From Burkholderiales bacterium (GTDB taxonomy: Bacteria; Pseudomonadota; Gammaproteobacteria; Burkholderiales; SG8-39): a DNA stretch of 64,000 nucleotides. The notes beneath the pieces were generated by a model. It saw only the letters and a list, made by a program, of their open reading frames with translations, searched no databases and was not told the DNA's origin. This document shows positions 34,537 through 42,968 of this stretch, in pieces (position 1 is the stretch's first letter; every line of letters begins with the position of its first letter). The stretch is taken from contig DATGDH010000058.1 of the NCBI GenBank assembly GCA_035310985.1, forward strand, positions 130,028 to 194,027, written 5' to 3'. A program made the translations under genes and the position numbers.

Positions 34537-35423
34537 GCCTGCTCAGCCATGAACGCCTCGATCAGCCGCGCGAGCGGCGCCGGCTGGTCATGGTGCAGCA
34601 TGTGGCCGGCGCCCTGCAGCGTTTCGTAGCGCAGCCGGGCGAACGCGGCACGCCGTTCCGCGTAGGCGTCCAGGCCGATTTTCATGCGCGCGAGCGTGTC
34701 CGACTCGCTCGCGTCGATCCACAGCACCGGTGCGCTGACCTGGCGCCAGATTGCGCGCGCTTCCTCGTAGCGGTAGAGAATCGGATTGATGATCTTGTGC
34801 GCGGGATCGCCGCGCAGCACGACGCCGCCGTCCTCGGTCTCGCGTCCCCAATGCCGCGCCAGGAACTCCGCGCGCGCGCGCGTCAGCCGCGGGTTGCCTG
34901 CCTGCAGCCGCTCGGCGAGTGCGGCGAAGCTCGCGTACGGCCGCAGGCCGGGAGGGTCGCGCAGCTCCTCAAGCCAGCGCGCGTAGCGCCCGGGCGCCTG
35001 CTCGGGTCGCGTCGCGGCCATGCCGAAGCCCTCCAGGTTAACCAGGCGCGCGACGCGCGCGGGCCGGATGCCGGCGTACAGCGCGGCCACGTTTCCGCCC
35101 AGGCTGTGCCCGACCAGGTTCACCGGGTGCTCGGGCTGGATGCGCTCGAGCAGCGCGTCGAGGTCGGCGATGTAATCCGGGAACCAGTAGCAGTCGGAGC
35201 TTCCCCAGCCGGTGAGCCCGTACCCGCGCCAGTCGGGCGCGTACACGTCCCAGTCAGCGGCCAGCTCGTCCACTAGGAACTGGAACGAGGCCGATACGTC
35301 CATCCACCCGTGCAGCAGCACCAGGCGCCGCGCGGCGTCGCCCGGCCAGCGCCGCACGTGATAGCGCAGGCGGCGGATGTCTAAGAACAGCGATTCGCTC
35401 TGGCGCATCGGCGTACGGCTCAC
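34533..35423 (-). CDS. alpha/beta-fold hydrolase
   Basis: LVLLHGWMD…, nucleophile elbow GHSLGG and a C-terminal GAGHMLHHDQP. 4-nt overlaps with both neighbours. Confidence 0.75.
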   Translation of the reverse strand: MSRTPMRQSESLFLDIRRLRYHVRRWPGDAARRLVLLHGWMDVSASFQFLVDELAADWDVYAPDWRGYGLTGWGSSDCYWFPDYIADLDALLERIQPEHPVNLVGHSLGGNVAALYAGIRPARVARLVNLEGFGMAATRPEQAPGRYARWLEELRDPPGLRPYASFAALAERLQAGNPRLTRARAEFLARHWGRETEDGGVVLRGDPAHKIINPILYRYEEARAIWRQVSAPVLWIDASESDTLARMKIGLDAYAERRAAFARLRYETLQGAGHMLHHDQPAPLARLIEAFMAEQA

Positions 35424-36667
35424 GAAAACCCAAACCTGACGTCCGGCCGCCGGCCGGACATGAGGTCGGCGAGCGCGCGCGCCGAGCCGCAGGCGAGCGT
35501 CCAGCCGAGCGTCCCGTGCCCGGTGTTGAGGAAGAGGTTGCGCAGGCGCGTGCGGCCGATGACGGGAACGTTGCTCGGCGTCGCGGGGCGCAGACCCGCC
35601 CAGTAGGTCGCCTCGCGGCTCGTATCGAGCGCCGGGAAGAGTCTGCGCAGGCGCGCCACGATCGCCCTGCAGCGCACTTCGTCGATGCTCGCGTCGTAGT
35701 CCGTCAGCTCGGCAGTGCCCGCGGCGCGGAGGCGCTCGCCCAGCCGGGTGATGACGATCTTGTGGGCTTCGTCTGTCAGACTGACGCTCGGCGCGGCTGC
35801 GCCCGCGTCCTGCCGCAACGGCAGGGTGACCGAGTAGCCCTTGAGCGGGTAGACGGGGATGCGCACACCGAGCGGCGCGAGATACAGCGGACTGAAGCTG
35901 CCAAGCGCCACCACGTACGCGTCGGCCTCGATGCGCTGCGTCTCACCCCGCAGGCGCACGCCGCTCACCACGCCGGCCGCCGCGTCGATCGCCTCGAGCG
36001 TGCGACCGTAGAGAAACGCCACGCCGCGCTCGCGCGCCTTGTCCGCGAGCGCGCGCGTAAAGGCGTGCGCGTCGCCCGACTCGTCCTGCGGCGTGTAGAC
36101 GCCGCCGACCACCAGCACGCTGCTGCCTCGCAACGCCGGCTCGATCGCCACGCACTCCGCCGCGGTCTTCACGTCGCGCTGGATGCCGAGCTGGCGCATC
36201 GCCATGGCGTGACGCGCGAGCGCCTCGAAGTCCCGCTCCTCGGTGCAAAAGTGCAGGATGCCGCGGCTCAATTCGTCGTAACGGATGCCGGTCTGCTGGC
36301 GCAGCTCGATCAGACGTTCGCGGCTGTACAGGGCGAGGCCCGCCAGCTCGCGGGTATTGCGCTCGAACCGTCCGGGAAGGCATTCGCCGAGGAAGCGCAG
36401 CGCCCACTGCCACTGCGCCAGGCTGAGGCGCGGCCGGAAGCGCAGCGGGGCGTCTTCGCGCCCGACCCAGCGCAGGATCTTCGGCAGCACACCCGGGCGC
36501 GCCCAGGGCTCGGCGTGTCCGGCCGAGATCTGCCCGCCGTTGGCGAATGAAGTCTCCAGCCCCGGCTCCGGCTGGCGCTCGATCACCGTCACCTCGTGGC
36601 CCGCCTCGGCGAGATACCAGGCGCTGGTTACGCCGATCACCCCCGCGCCGAGCACGACGACCTTCAC
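35420..36667 (-). CDS. dadA: D-amino acid dehydrogenase
   Basis: MKVVVLGAGVIGVTSAWYLAEAGHEVTVIERQ…ETSFANGGQIS is the DadA N-terminal FAD fold. 415 aa. Confidence 0.85.
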   Translation of the reverse strand: MKVVVLGAGVIGVTSAWYLAEAGHEVTVIERQPEPGLETSFANGGQISAGHAEPWARPGVLPKILRWVGREDAPLRFRPRLSLAQWQWALRFLGECLPGRFERNTRELAGLALYSRERLIELRQQTGIRYDELSRGILHFCTEERDFEALARHAMAMRQLGIQRDVKTAAECVAIEPALRGSSVLVVGGVYTPQDESGDAHAFTRALADKARERGVAFLYGRTLEAIDAAAGVVSGVRLRGETQRIEADAYVVALGSFSPLYLAPLGVRIPVYPLKGYSVTLPLRQDAGAAAPSVSLTDEAHKIVITRLGERLRAAGTAELTDYDASIDEVRCRAIVARLRRLFPALDTSREATYWAGLRPATPSNVPVIGRTRLRNLFLNTGHGTLGWTLACGSARALADLMSGRRPDVRFGFS

Positions 36668-36694
36668 CGCGACTCCTCAAGCTATGATATTCGG

Positions 36695-37240
36695 ATGCCC
36701 ATATTCTCTCTCGAAGAGCGCCGGGTCGAATTGCGCGGCGAGCACCATTTCATCGCCCACGACGCGACGCTGGTCGGTTCGGTCTCGCTGGACAACGACG
36801 TCAGCATCTGGTTCAAGGTCGTGATCCGGGCCGACAACGACCACGTGCACATCGGCGAAGGCGTCAACATTCAGGACGGCTCGGTGCTGCACGTCGATCC
36901 CGGATACCCGCTGACGCTCGGGCGCATGGTCACCGTCGGCCATAAGGCGATGCTGCACGGTTGCACGATCGGCGAGGGCAGCCTCATCGGGATAAACAGC
37001 GTCGTAATGAACGGCGCGCGCATCGGCAAGGGGTCGCTCCTCGGCGCCAACACGCTGATCCCCGAGGGCAGGGAGATTCCGGACGGCGTGCTGGTTCTCG
37101 GCTCGCCGGGCAAGGTGGTGCGCGACCTGCGCGGGGAGGAACGAGCCTCCCTTCTAAGGGCCGCGCGCATCTATATCGAGCGCGCGCGGCTCTACAAGCG
37201 CCAATTGCGCGAGCAGCTGCTGCCGCCGTCTGCACGCTAG
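36695..37240 (+). CDS. gamma-carbonic-anhydrase-like hexapeptide-repeat protein (YrdA/PaaY family)
   Basis: …IWFKVVIRADNDHVHIGEGVNIQDGSVLHVD…VTVGHKAMLHGCTIG… has the left-handed beta-helix and His triad pattern. Start trimmed to ATG 36695. Confidence 0.85.
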   Translation: MPIFSLEERRVELRGEHHFIAHDATLVGSVSLDNDVSIWFKVVIRADNDHVHIGEGVNIQDGSVLHVDPGYPLTLGRMVTVGHKAMLHGCTIGEGSLIGINSVVMNGARIGKGSLLGANTLIPEGREIPDGVLVLGSPGKVVRDLRGEERASLLRAARIYIERARLYKRQLREQLLPPSAR

Positions 37241-37256
37241 CGCGCGCTGCGCCGCG

Positions 37257-38024
37257 TCACTTCGGCGCCATGCGGATCGCGCCGTCTAGCCGGATCACTT
37301 CGCCGTTCAGCATCTCGTTCTCGATGATGCTGCGCGCGAGCTGAGCGTACTCCGCAGGCCGTCCGAGCCGCGACGGGAACGGGACCATCTTGCCGAGCGA
37401 CTCCTGCAACTCCTTCGGCATGCCGAGCAGCATAGGCGTCTCGAAAATGCCCGGCGCGATGGTGCACACGCGAATGCCGCTGCGCGACAAGTCGCGCGCG
37501 ATCGGCAGCGTCATGCCGACCACGCCGCCCTTGGACGCCGAGTAGGCGGCCTGGCCGATTTGCCCGTCGAACGCCGCGACCGAGGCGGTGTTGATGATCA
37601 CGCCGCGTTCGCCCGCGGCGTTCGGCCCCGCCTTCGCCATGGCATCGGCCGCCAAGCGGATCATGTTGAACGTGCCGATCAAGTTGACGTTAATCACGCG
37701 CGCGAAATTCGCGAGCTTGTGCGGCCCTTCCTTGCCGATCGTCTTTTCGCCGATTGCGATGCCGGCGCAGTTCACCAGCACCTGCAACCCGCCGAATTCC
37801 TTCTGCGCCAGATCCACCGCCGCCTTGGCATCGGCCTCGGAGGTGACGTCGGTCCTGACGAAGCGGGCGCCCGAGCCGAGCTCCCTCGCGAGCTTCTCGC
37901 CGGCGTCGGCCTGCATGTCTGCGATCACCACCTTGCCGCCGTTTTCGGCCGCCATGCGGGCGGTGGCGGCGCCCAGCCCAGAGGCGCCGCCGGTGACGAG
38001 AAATACGCTGTTCTTGATCTGCAT
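37257..38024 (-). CDS. short-chain dehydrogenase/reductase, 3-hydroxyacyl-CoA dehydrogenase type-2-like
   Basis: TGGASGLG cofactor motif, NCAG, and the catalytic S…YSASK tetrad. Overall layout resembles HSD17B10-type enzymes. Confidence 0.85.
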   Translation of the reverse strand: MQIKNSVFLVTGGASGLGAATARMAAENGGKVVIADMQADAGEKLARELGSGARFVRTDVTSEADAKAAVDLAQKEFGGLQVLVNCAGIAIGEKTIGKEGPHKLANFARVINVNLIGTFNMIRLAADAMAKAGPNAAGERGVIINTASVAAFDGQIGQAAYSASKGGVVGMTLPIARDLSRSGIRVCTIAPGIFETPMLLGMPKELQESLGKMVPFPSRLGRPAEYAQLARSIIENEMLNGEVIRLDGAIRMAPK

Positions 38025-38187
38025 CGAATCTCCTTGAGAGCCGACTGGGTATCGCGCCGCACATGCTAAACGCTCGGCTCACCGCTCGGCAAATGACATG
38101 CACGATAGTGCTAAGCACCGTCGCCTGCCTTGAGGGAGCGCCTTCAATCGGCGAGAATCCCACGCCTTCCCGCCTCGTGTCACGATT

Positions 38188-41100
38188 TTGACCAAGACCG
38201 CCCCCCAACTGCAGCTCTCCTTCGGCGCTTCTTTCGAGGACCTGTACGAGCGTGCCGGGCTGGCGCACCTGGACGCGGCCTTCCTCGGCTGGGCGGGCGA
38301 AGCCGACGCCGCCTTGCGCGCCCGGCTGGAGAGCGCGCGCGCGCGCCCGGACGCGCTTTCCGCGAAGGAAGAATCCGATCTCCTCATTGCGCTCGCGCCG
38401 CTGCTGGAGGATTTTCTCGGCCGTCTGTTCGGCATCGGTTCCGAGCTGCAGCGCCTGGCTGCACGCCACCACGAGCTCGCGCCGCTTTATTCGGTGAAGC
38501 GGCTGTTCGTCCAGCGTCGCGCGCTGCACAAGGTCAAGCCCGAAGAGCTACAGGGCTTCGACGCCGCCGCAGCCGAGGCCGCGCTGGCGCGCGCCTTCGG
38601 CGAGCCGTTCAGCGAGCTCGGCTTCGCGCGCGCGGTCACGGCATGGCAGGACGACGAGGCCGCGCATGCGCCCGAGCTCGAGCTCGCCGCGCGCTACGCG
38701 GCCTGGGCCGCGGGTACCCCCGAGGGACGCGCCAAGCATCGCGCGGGAGTGCTCTTCAAGGCGCCGCGCAAGCTCGACTTCATGCGCCTGGTGCCTGTGC
38801 GCACCGAGTCGATGCAGGGGGCTGCGCGCCACACGCTGGCGGGCGATCATCTGCGCCGCCGCGAGGGATTCGCGCTTACCGACGGCGGCACCGACCTGGT
38901 GGGCGCGCTCGACCAAGCCAATTACTGCATCTGGTGCCACGAGCAGGGCAAGGACTCGTGCTCCAAGGGACTTAAGGACAAACCGCCCGCGAAGAGCTTC
39001 AAGAAGACGGTGTTCGGGGTGACGCTCGCGGGCTGCCCGCTCGAGGAGAAGATCTCGGAGTTCCACCTGGTGAAGACGCGCGGCCTGCCGCTCGCTGCAC
39101 TGGCGGTGATCACGGTGGACAACGCCATGGTCGCCGGTACCGGGCATCGCATCTGCAACGACTGCATGAAGTCCTGCATCTACCAGAAGCAGGATCCGGT
39201 TGACATCCCGCAGGCCGAGACGCGCACGCTCAAGGACGTGCTCGAGCTGCCGTGGGGGTTCGAGATCTATTCGCTGCTCACGCGCTGGAATCCCCTAAAC
39301 CTGCGCCGCCCGTATCCCCGGCCCGCGAGCGGCAAGCGCGTGCTGGTGACCGGCCTTGGGCCGGCCGGGTTCACGGTCGCGCATCATCTGCTGAACGACG
39401 GTCACACCGTGGTCGGTATCGACGGACTCAAGATCGAGCCGCTCGATTCCGCACTGTCCGGGGTCGACGCCCACGGCCGGCGCCGACTTTTCCGTCCGGT
39501 GCGCGATATCGCGGAGCTGCGCGAGCCGCTCGATGCGCGCGTGATGGCCGGCTTCGGAGGAGTCGCCGAATACGGCATCACCGTGCGCTGGGACAAGAAC
39601 TTCCTCAAGATCATCCGCCTGCTGCTCGAGCGGCGCAGCGCTTTCGCGATGTTTGGCGGTGTGCGCTTCGGCGGCACCATCACTGCCAAGAGCGCCCTCG
39701 AGATGGGCTTCGATCACATCGTGCTCGCGGCGGGCGCCGGCCGCCCGACCCTGCTCGACATCCCGAACGGCCTGGCGCGCGGCGTGCGGGCTGCCTCCGA
39801 TTTTCTGATGGCGCTGCAGCTCACCGGCGCGGCGCGCCGCGACTCGATCGCCAATTTGCAGATACGCCTGCCCGTCGTGGTGATCGGCGGCGGCCTGACC
39901 GCCATCGACACGGCGACCGAATCGCTCGCCTACTACGTCGTCCAGGTGGAGAAGTTCCGTACGCGCTACGACGCGCTGTGCGCCGAACGCGGCGAAGCCG
40001 CAGTGCGCGCGGCGTGGAACCGCGAGGAGTCGGGCATCGCGGACGAGTTCCTGGCGCACGCGCGCGAGATCCGGGCCGAACGCGAGCGGGCGCAGCGCGA
40101 AGGGCGCGAGGCGCGCATCGTCGAGCTGCTCAAGGGCTGGGGCGGCGTGCAGATCGTCTATCGCCGGCGCCTGGTCGACTCGCCCTCCTACACCTTGAAT
40201 CACGAGGAAGTGGAGAAAGCGCTCGAGGAAGGCATCGGTTACGTCGAGGGACTGTCACCGACGCGCGTCGAACTGGACGAGTTCGGCCACGCGCGCGCGG
40301 TGCGCTTCGCGCAGCAAGGCGGCGCCGAGATCGAGCTGCCCGCGCGCGCGGTGCTCGTGGCGGCGGGCACGCAGCCCAACACGGTGCTCGGACGCGAAGA
40401 CCCGCAGCACTTCAGCCTGGATGGCAAGTATTTCCAGGCCTGCGACCGCGATGGGCGACGCGTCGAGCCCGAGCGTGCGATCTCCAAGCCCGAGCACGCC
40501 GATATCCTCATGTGGCGCGCTCCCGACGGCCGCTTCGCAAGCTATTTCGGCGACCTGCACCCGTCCTTCTTCGGCAACGTGGTCAAAGCGATGGGCGGGG
40601 CCAAGCAGGGCTATCCGCTGGTGAGCGAGGTCCTGGCGCGCGTGGCGCCGGCGTCGCCGCTGGACGACGCGGCGTTCTTCGCGCGGCTGAACGACGAGCT
40701 GCGACCGGTGGTGCACGAAATCAGGCGCCACACGCCGAGCATCGTGGAGGTCGTGGTGCGCGCCCCGCGGGCAGCGCGCGAGTTCCATCCGGGGCAGTTC
40801 TACCGCCTGCAGAATTTCGAGACGCTGGCGCCGAAGGTCGACGGGACGACGCTCGCCATGGAAGGTCTGGCGCTCACCGGCGCATGGGTCGACAAGGCGC
40901 GCGGCCTGCTTTCGACCATCATCCTCGAGATGGGCGGCTCATCGGACATCTGCGCCCATCTCAAGCCGGGCGAGCCGGTGGTCCTGATGGGGCCGACTGG
41001 GACTCCGACGGAGATCCCGCGCGACGAGACGGTGGTGCTCGTGGGCGGCGGACTGGGCAATGCCGTGCTCTTCTCGATCGGCCAGGCGCTGCGCGCCGCC

Positions 41101-41685
41101 GGTTCGAGAGTGCTCTACTTCGCGGGGTACAAGCGCGTGCCCGACCGCTACAAGATCGAGGACATCGAGGCGGCAGCCGACGTGGTCGTGTGGTGCTGCG
41201 ACGAGACGCCCGGCTTCGCGCCCGGACGCGCGCAGGACCGCAGCTTCGTCGGCAACATCGTCGAGGCGATGCTCGCCTACGCTTCGGGGCAGCTCGGCGA
41301 CCAGCCGATCTCGTTCCACGAATGTGACCGGCTGATCGCGATCGGCTCGGACCGCATGATGGCGGCCGTGGCGCGCGCCCGGCACGAAGGTCTCAAGCAA
41401 CACATCAAGTCCGCGCACCTGGGCATCGGCTCGATCAACTCGCCGATGCAATGCATGATGAAGGAGGTATGCGCGCAGTGCCTGCAGCCGCACGTCGATC
41501 CGGTGAGCGGCGACCGCAGCTACGTCTTCTCTTGCTTCAACCAGGACCAGCCGCTCGACCTCGTCGACTTCGCGGCGCTCGACCAGCGCCTGCGGCAGAA
41601 CGGCGTGCACGAGAAGCTTACCGCGCAGTGGATCGACCGCTGCCTCAGGATGCTCAAGCTGCGTGCGGACAGAAAGGCCGCGTAG
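38188..41685 (+). CDS. large multidomain iron-sulfur flavoprotein: unassigned N-terminal region + GltD/NfnB-like module + PyrK/NfnA-like module
   Basis: 1165 aa. Cys clusters C247-x2-C-x7-C…GCP and C322-x2-C-x3-C. Rossmann motifs VLVTGLGPAGF and VVVIGGGLTAID. Then an FNR-like FAD/NAD module (HPGQFYRL, VLVGGGLGNAV) and a C-terminal C1089-x5-C-x2-C…C1116. Apparent TTG start without a clear SD. Confidence 0.8.
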   Translation: MTKTAPQLQLSFGASFEDLYERAGLAHLDAAFLGWAGEADAALRARLESARARPDALSAKEESDLLIALAPLLEDFLGRLFGIGSELQRLAARHHELAPLYSVKRLFVQRRALHKVKPEELQGFDAAAAEAALARAFGEPFSELGFARAVTAWQDDEAAHAPELELAARYAAWAAGTPEGRAKHRAGVLFKAPRKLDFMRLVPVRTESMQGAARHTLAGDHLRRREGFALTDGGTDLVGALDQANYCIWCHEQGKDSCSKGLKDKPPAKSFKKTVFGVTLAGCPLEEKISEFHLVKTRGLPLAALAVITVDNAMVAGTGHRICNDCMKSCIYQKQDPVDIPQAETRTLKDVLELPWGFEIYSLLTRWNPLNLRRPYPRPASGKRVLVTGLGPAGFTVAHHLLNDGHTVVGIDGLKIEPLDSALSGVDAHGRRRLFRPVRDIAELREPLDARVMAGFGGVAEYGITVRWDKNFLKIIRLLLERRSAFAMFGGVRFGGTITAKSALEMGFDHIVLAAGAGRPTLLDIPNGLARGVRAASDFLMALQLTGAARRDSIANLQIRLPVVVIGGGLTAIDTATESLAYYVVQVEKFRTRYDALCAERGEAAVRAAWNREESGIADEFLAHAREIRAERERAQREGREARIVELLKGWGGVQIVYRRRLVDSPSYTLNHEEVEKALEEGIGYVEGLSPTRVELDEFGHARAVRFAQQGGAEIELPARAVLVAAGTQPNTVLGREDPQHFSLDGKYFQACDRDGRRVEPERAISKPEHADILMWRAPDGRFASYFGDLHPSFFGNVVKAMGGAKQGYPLVSEVLARVAPASPLDDAAFFARLNDELRPVVHEIRRHTPSIVEVVVRAPRAAREFHPGQFYRLQNFETLAPKVDGTTLAMEGLALTGAWVDKARGLLSTIILEMGGSSDICAHLKPGEPVVLMGPTGTPTEIPRDETVVLVGGGLGNAVLFSIGQALRAAGSRVLYFAGYKRVPDRYKIEDIEAAADVVVWCCDETPGFAPGRAQDRSFVGNIVEAMLAYASGQLGDQPISFHECDRLIAIGSDRMMAAVARARHEGLKQHIKSAHLGIGSINSPMQCMMKEVCAQCLQPHVDPVSGDRSYVFSCFNQDQPLDLVDFAALDQRLRQNGVHEKLTAQWIDRCLRMLKLRADRKAA

Positions 41686-41743
41686 CGGCGCGGCGGTGCG
41701 TGTGCTAAGTTCGCGCGGAATGGTCGAACGTACGGAGCAGGCA

Positions 41744-42946
41744 ATGAAATTCCCACGCGGCGTCCTCGGGCTCGTATTCGCGGCAGTAGCGGCAGGCGGG
41801 CCAATGCGCGGCTTTGGCGCCGAGCCGATCAGGATCGGCGAGCTGAACAGCTACAAGGTGTTTCCGGCGTTTCTCGAACCTTACAAGAAGGGCTGGCAGC
41901 TCGCGCTGGAAGAAATCAACGCTTCCGGCGGAGTCGACGGGCGCAAGCTGGAAGTCGTCTCGCGCGACGACGGCGGCGATCCGGGAACCGCGGTGCGCGT
42001 CGCGGAGGAGCTCATCACACGCGACCGCGTCAGCCTGCTGATGGGCACCTTCGCTTCGAATGTCGGACTGGCGGTGGCGAACCTCGCCAACCAGCGCAAG
42101 ACGGTGTTCATCGCCGCCGAGCCCCTGACCGACAAGATCGTCTGGCAGGACGGCAACCGTTACACGTTCCGGCTGCGGCCCTCGACCTACATGCAGGTCG
42201 CCATGCTGGTGCCCGAAGCCGCCAAGCTGAAGAAGAAGCGCTGGGCGATCGTCTATCCGAATTACGAGTACGGCCAGTCGGCGACCGCTTCCTTCAAGCA
42301 GCTTATGGCCAAGGCGCAGCCCGGCATCGAGATCGTCGAGGAGCAGGCGCCCCCGCTCGGCAAGATCGATGCGGGCGCGGTAGTGCAGGCCCTGCTCGAC
42401 GCCAAGCCCGATGCGATCTTCAGCTCCCTGTTTGCGGCCGACCTGCAGAAATTCGTGCGCGAGGGCAACACCCGCGGCCTATTCAAGGGGCGCGCGGTAT
42501 TCAACCTGCTCGGCGGCGAGCCCGAATACCTCGACCCGCTGAAGGACGAGACCCCGCAAGGCTGGTGGGTAACCGGCTACCCCTGGGACCAGATCAAGAC
42601 CCCCGAGCACACGAAGTTCCTGAACGCCTACCGCAAGCGCTGGAACGACTATCCGCGCGTGGGCTCGGTCGTCGGCTACACGACGATGTACACGGTGGCG
42701 GACGCGCTCAGGAAAGCCGGCTCGGCCGACACCGAGAAGCTCGTCGCGGCGCTCGAGGGTCTGGAAATGGAGACGCCCTTTGGCCCGATCATCTACCGCG
42801 CCGTCGATCATCAATCGACGATGGGCGCCTACGTCGGGCAGCTCGCCAGGAAAGACGGCAAAGGCGTGATGGTTAACTGGCACTTTGCCGACGGGGCGGA
42901 TTACCTGCCCTCGCCCGCCGAAGCGAAGCTCTTGCGCAAACAATAG
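41744..42946 (+). CDS. ABC transporter substrate-binding protein, branched-chain amino acid (LivK/Leu-Ile-Val) family
   Basis: Signal peptide MKFPRGVLGLVFAAVAAGG…, then IRIGELNSY…GWQLALEEINASGGVDGRKLEVVSRDDGG, typical of type I periplasmic binding proteins. Start at ATG 41744 behind GGAG. Confidence 0.85.
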   Translation: MKFPRGVLGLVFAAVAAGGPMRGFGAEPIRIGELNSYKVFPAFLEPYKKGWQLALEEINASGGVDGRKLEVVSRDDGGDPGTAVRVAEELITRDRVSLLMGTFASNVGLAVANLANQRKTVFIAAEPLTDKIVWQDGNRYTFRLRPSTYMQVAMLVPEAAKLKKKRWAIVYPNYEYGQSATASFKQLMAKAQPGIEIVEEQAPPLGKIDAGAVVQALLDAKPDAIFSSLFAADLQKFVREGNTRGLFKGRAVFNLLGGEPEYLDPLKDETPQGWWVTGYPWDQIKTPEHTKFLNAYRKRWNDYPRVGSVVGYTTMYTVADALRKAGSADTEKLVAALEGLEMETPFGPIIYRAVDHQSTMGAYVGQLARKDGKGVMVNWHFADGADYLPSPAEAKLLRKQ

Positions 42947-42968
42947 CCGCCCTCCGGCTCCGCCGCCC

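Noticed and set aside
38108-38118. 11-nt perfect palindrome GTGCTAAGCAC, with nearby duplicated CGCTCGGC and TGCTAA words, in the SDR/flavoprotein divergent region
   Set aside because: It could be an operator, but it is too short and no regulator gene is adjacent. It would need conservation evidence.
39252-41327. 691-aa plus-strand ORF
   Set aside because: It is an alternative frame within the large flavoprotein gene. Its composition (Arg/Gly/Ala/Pro) is non-protein-like.
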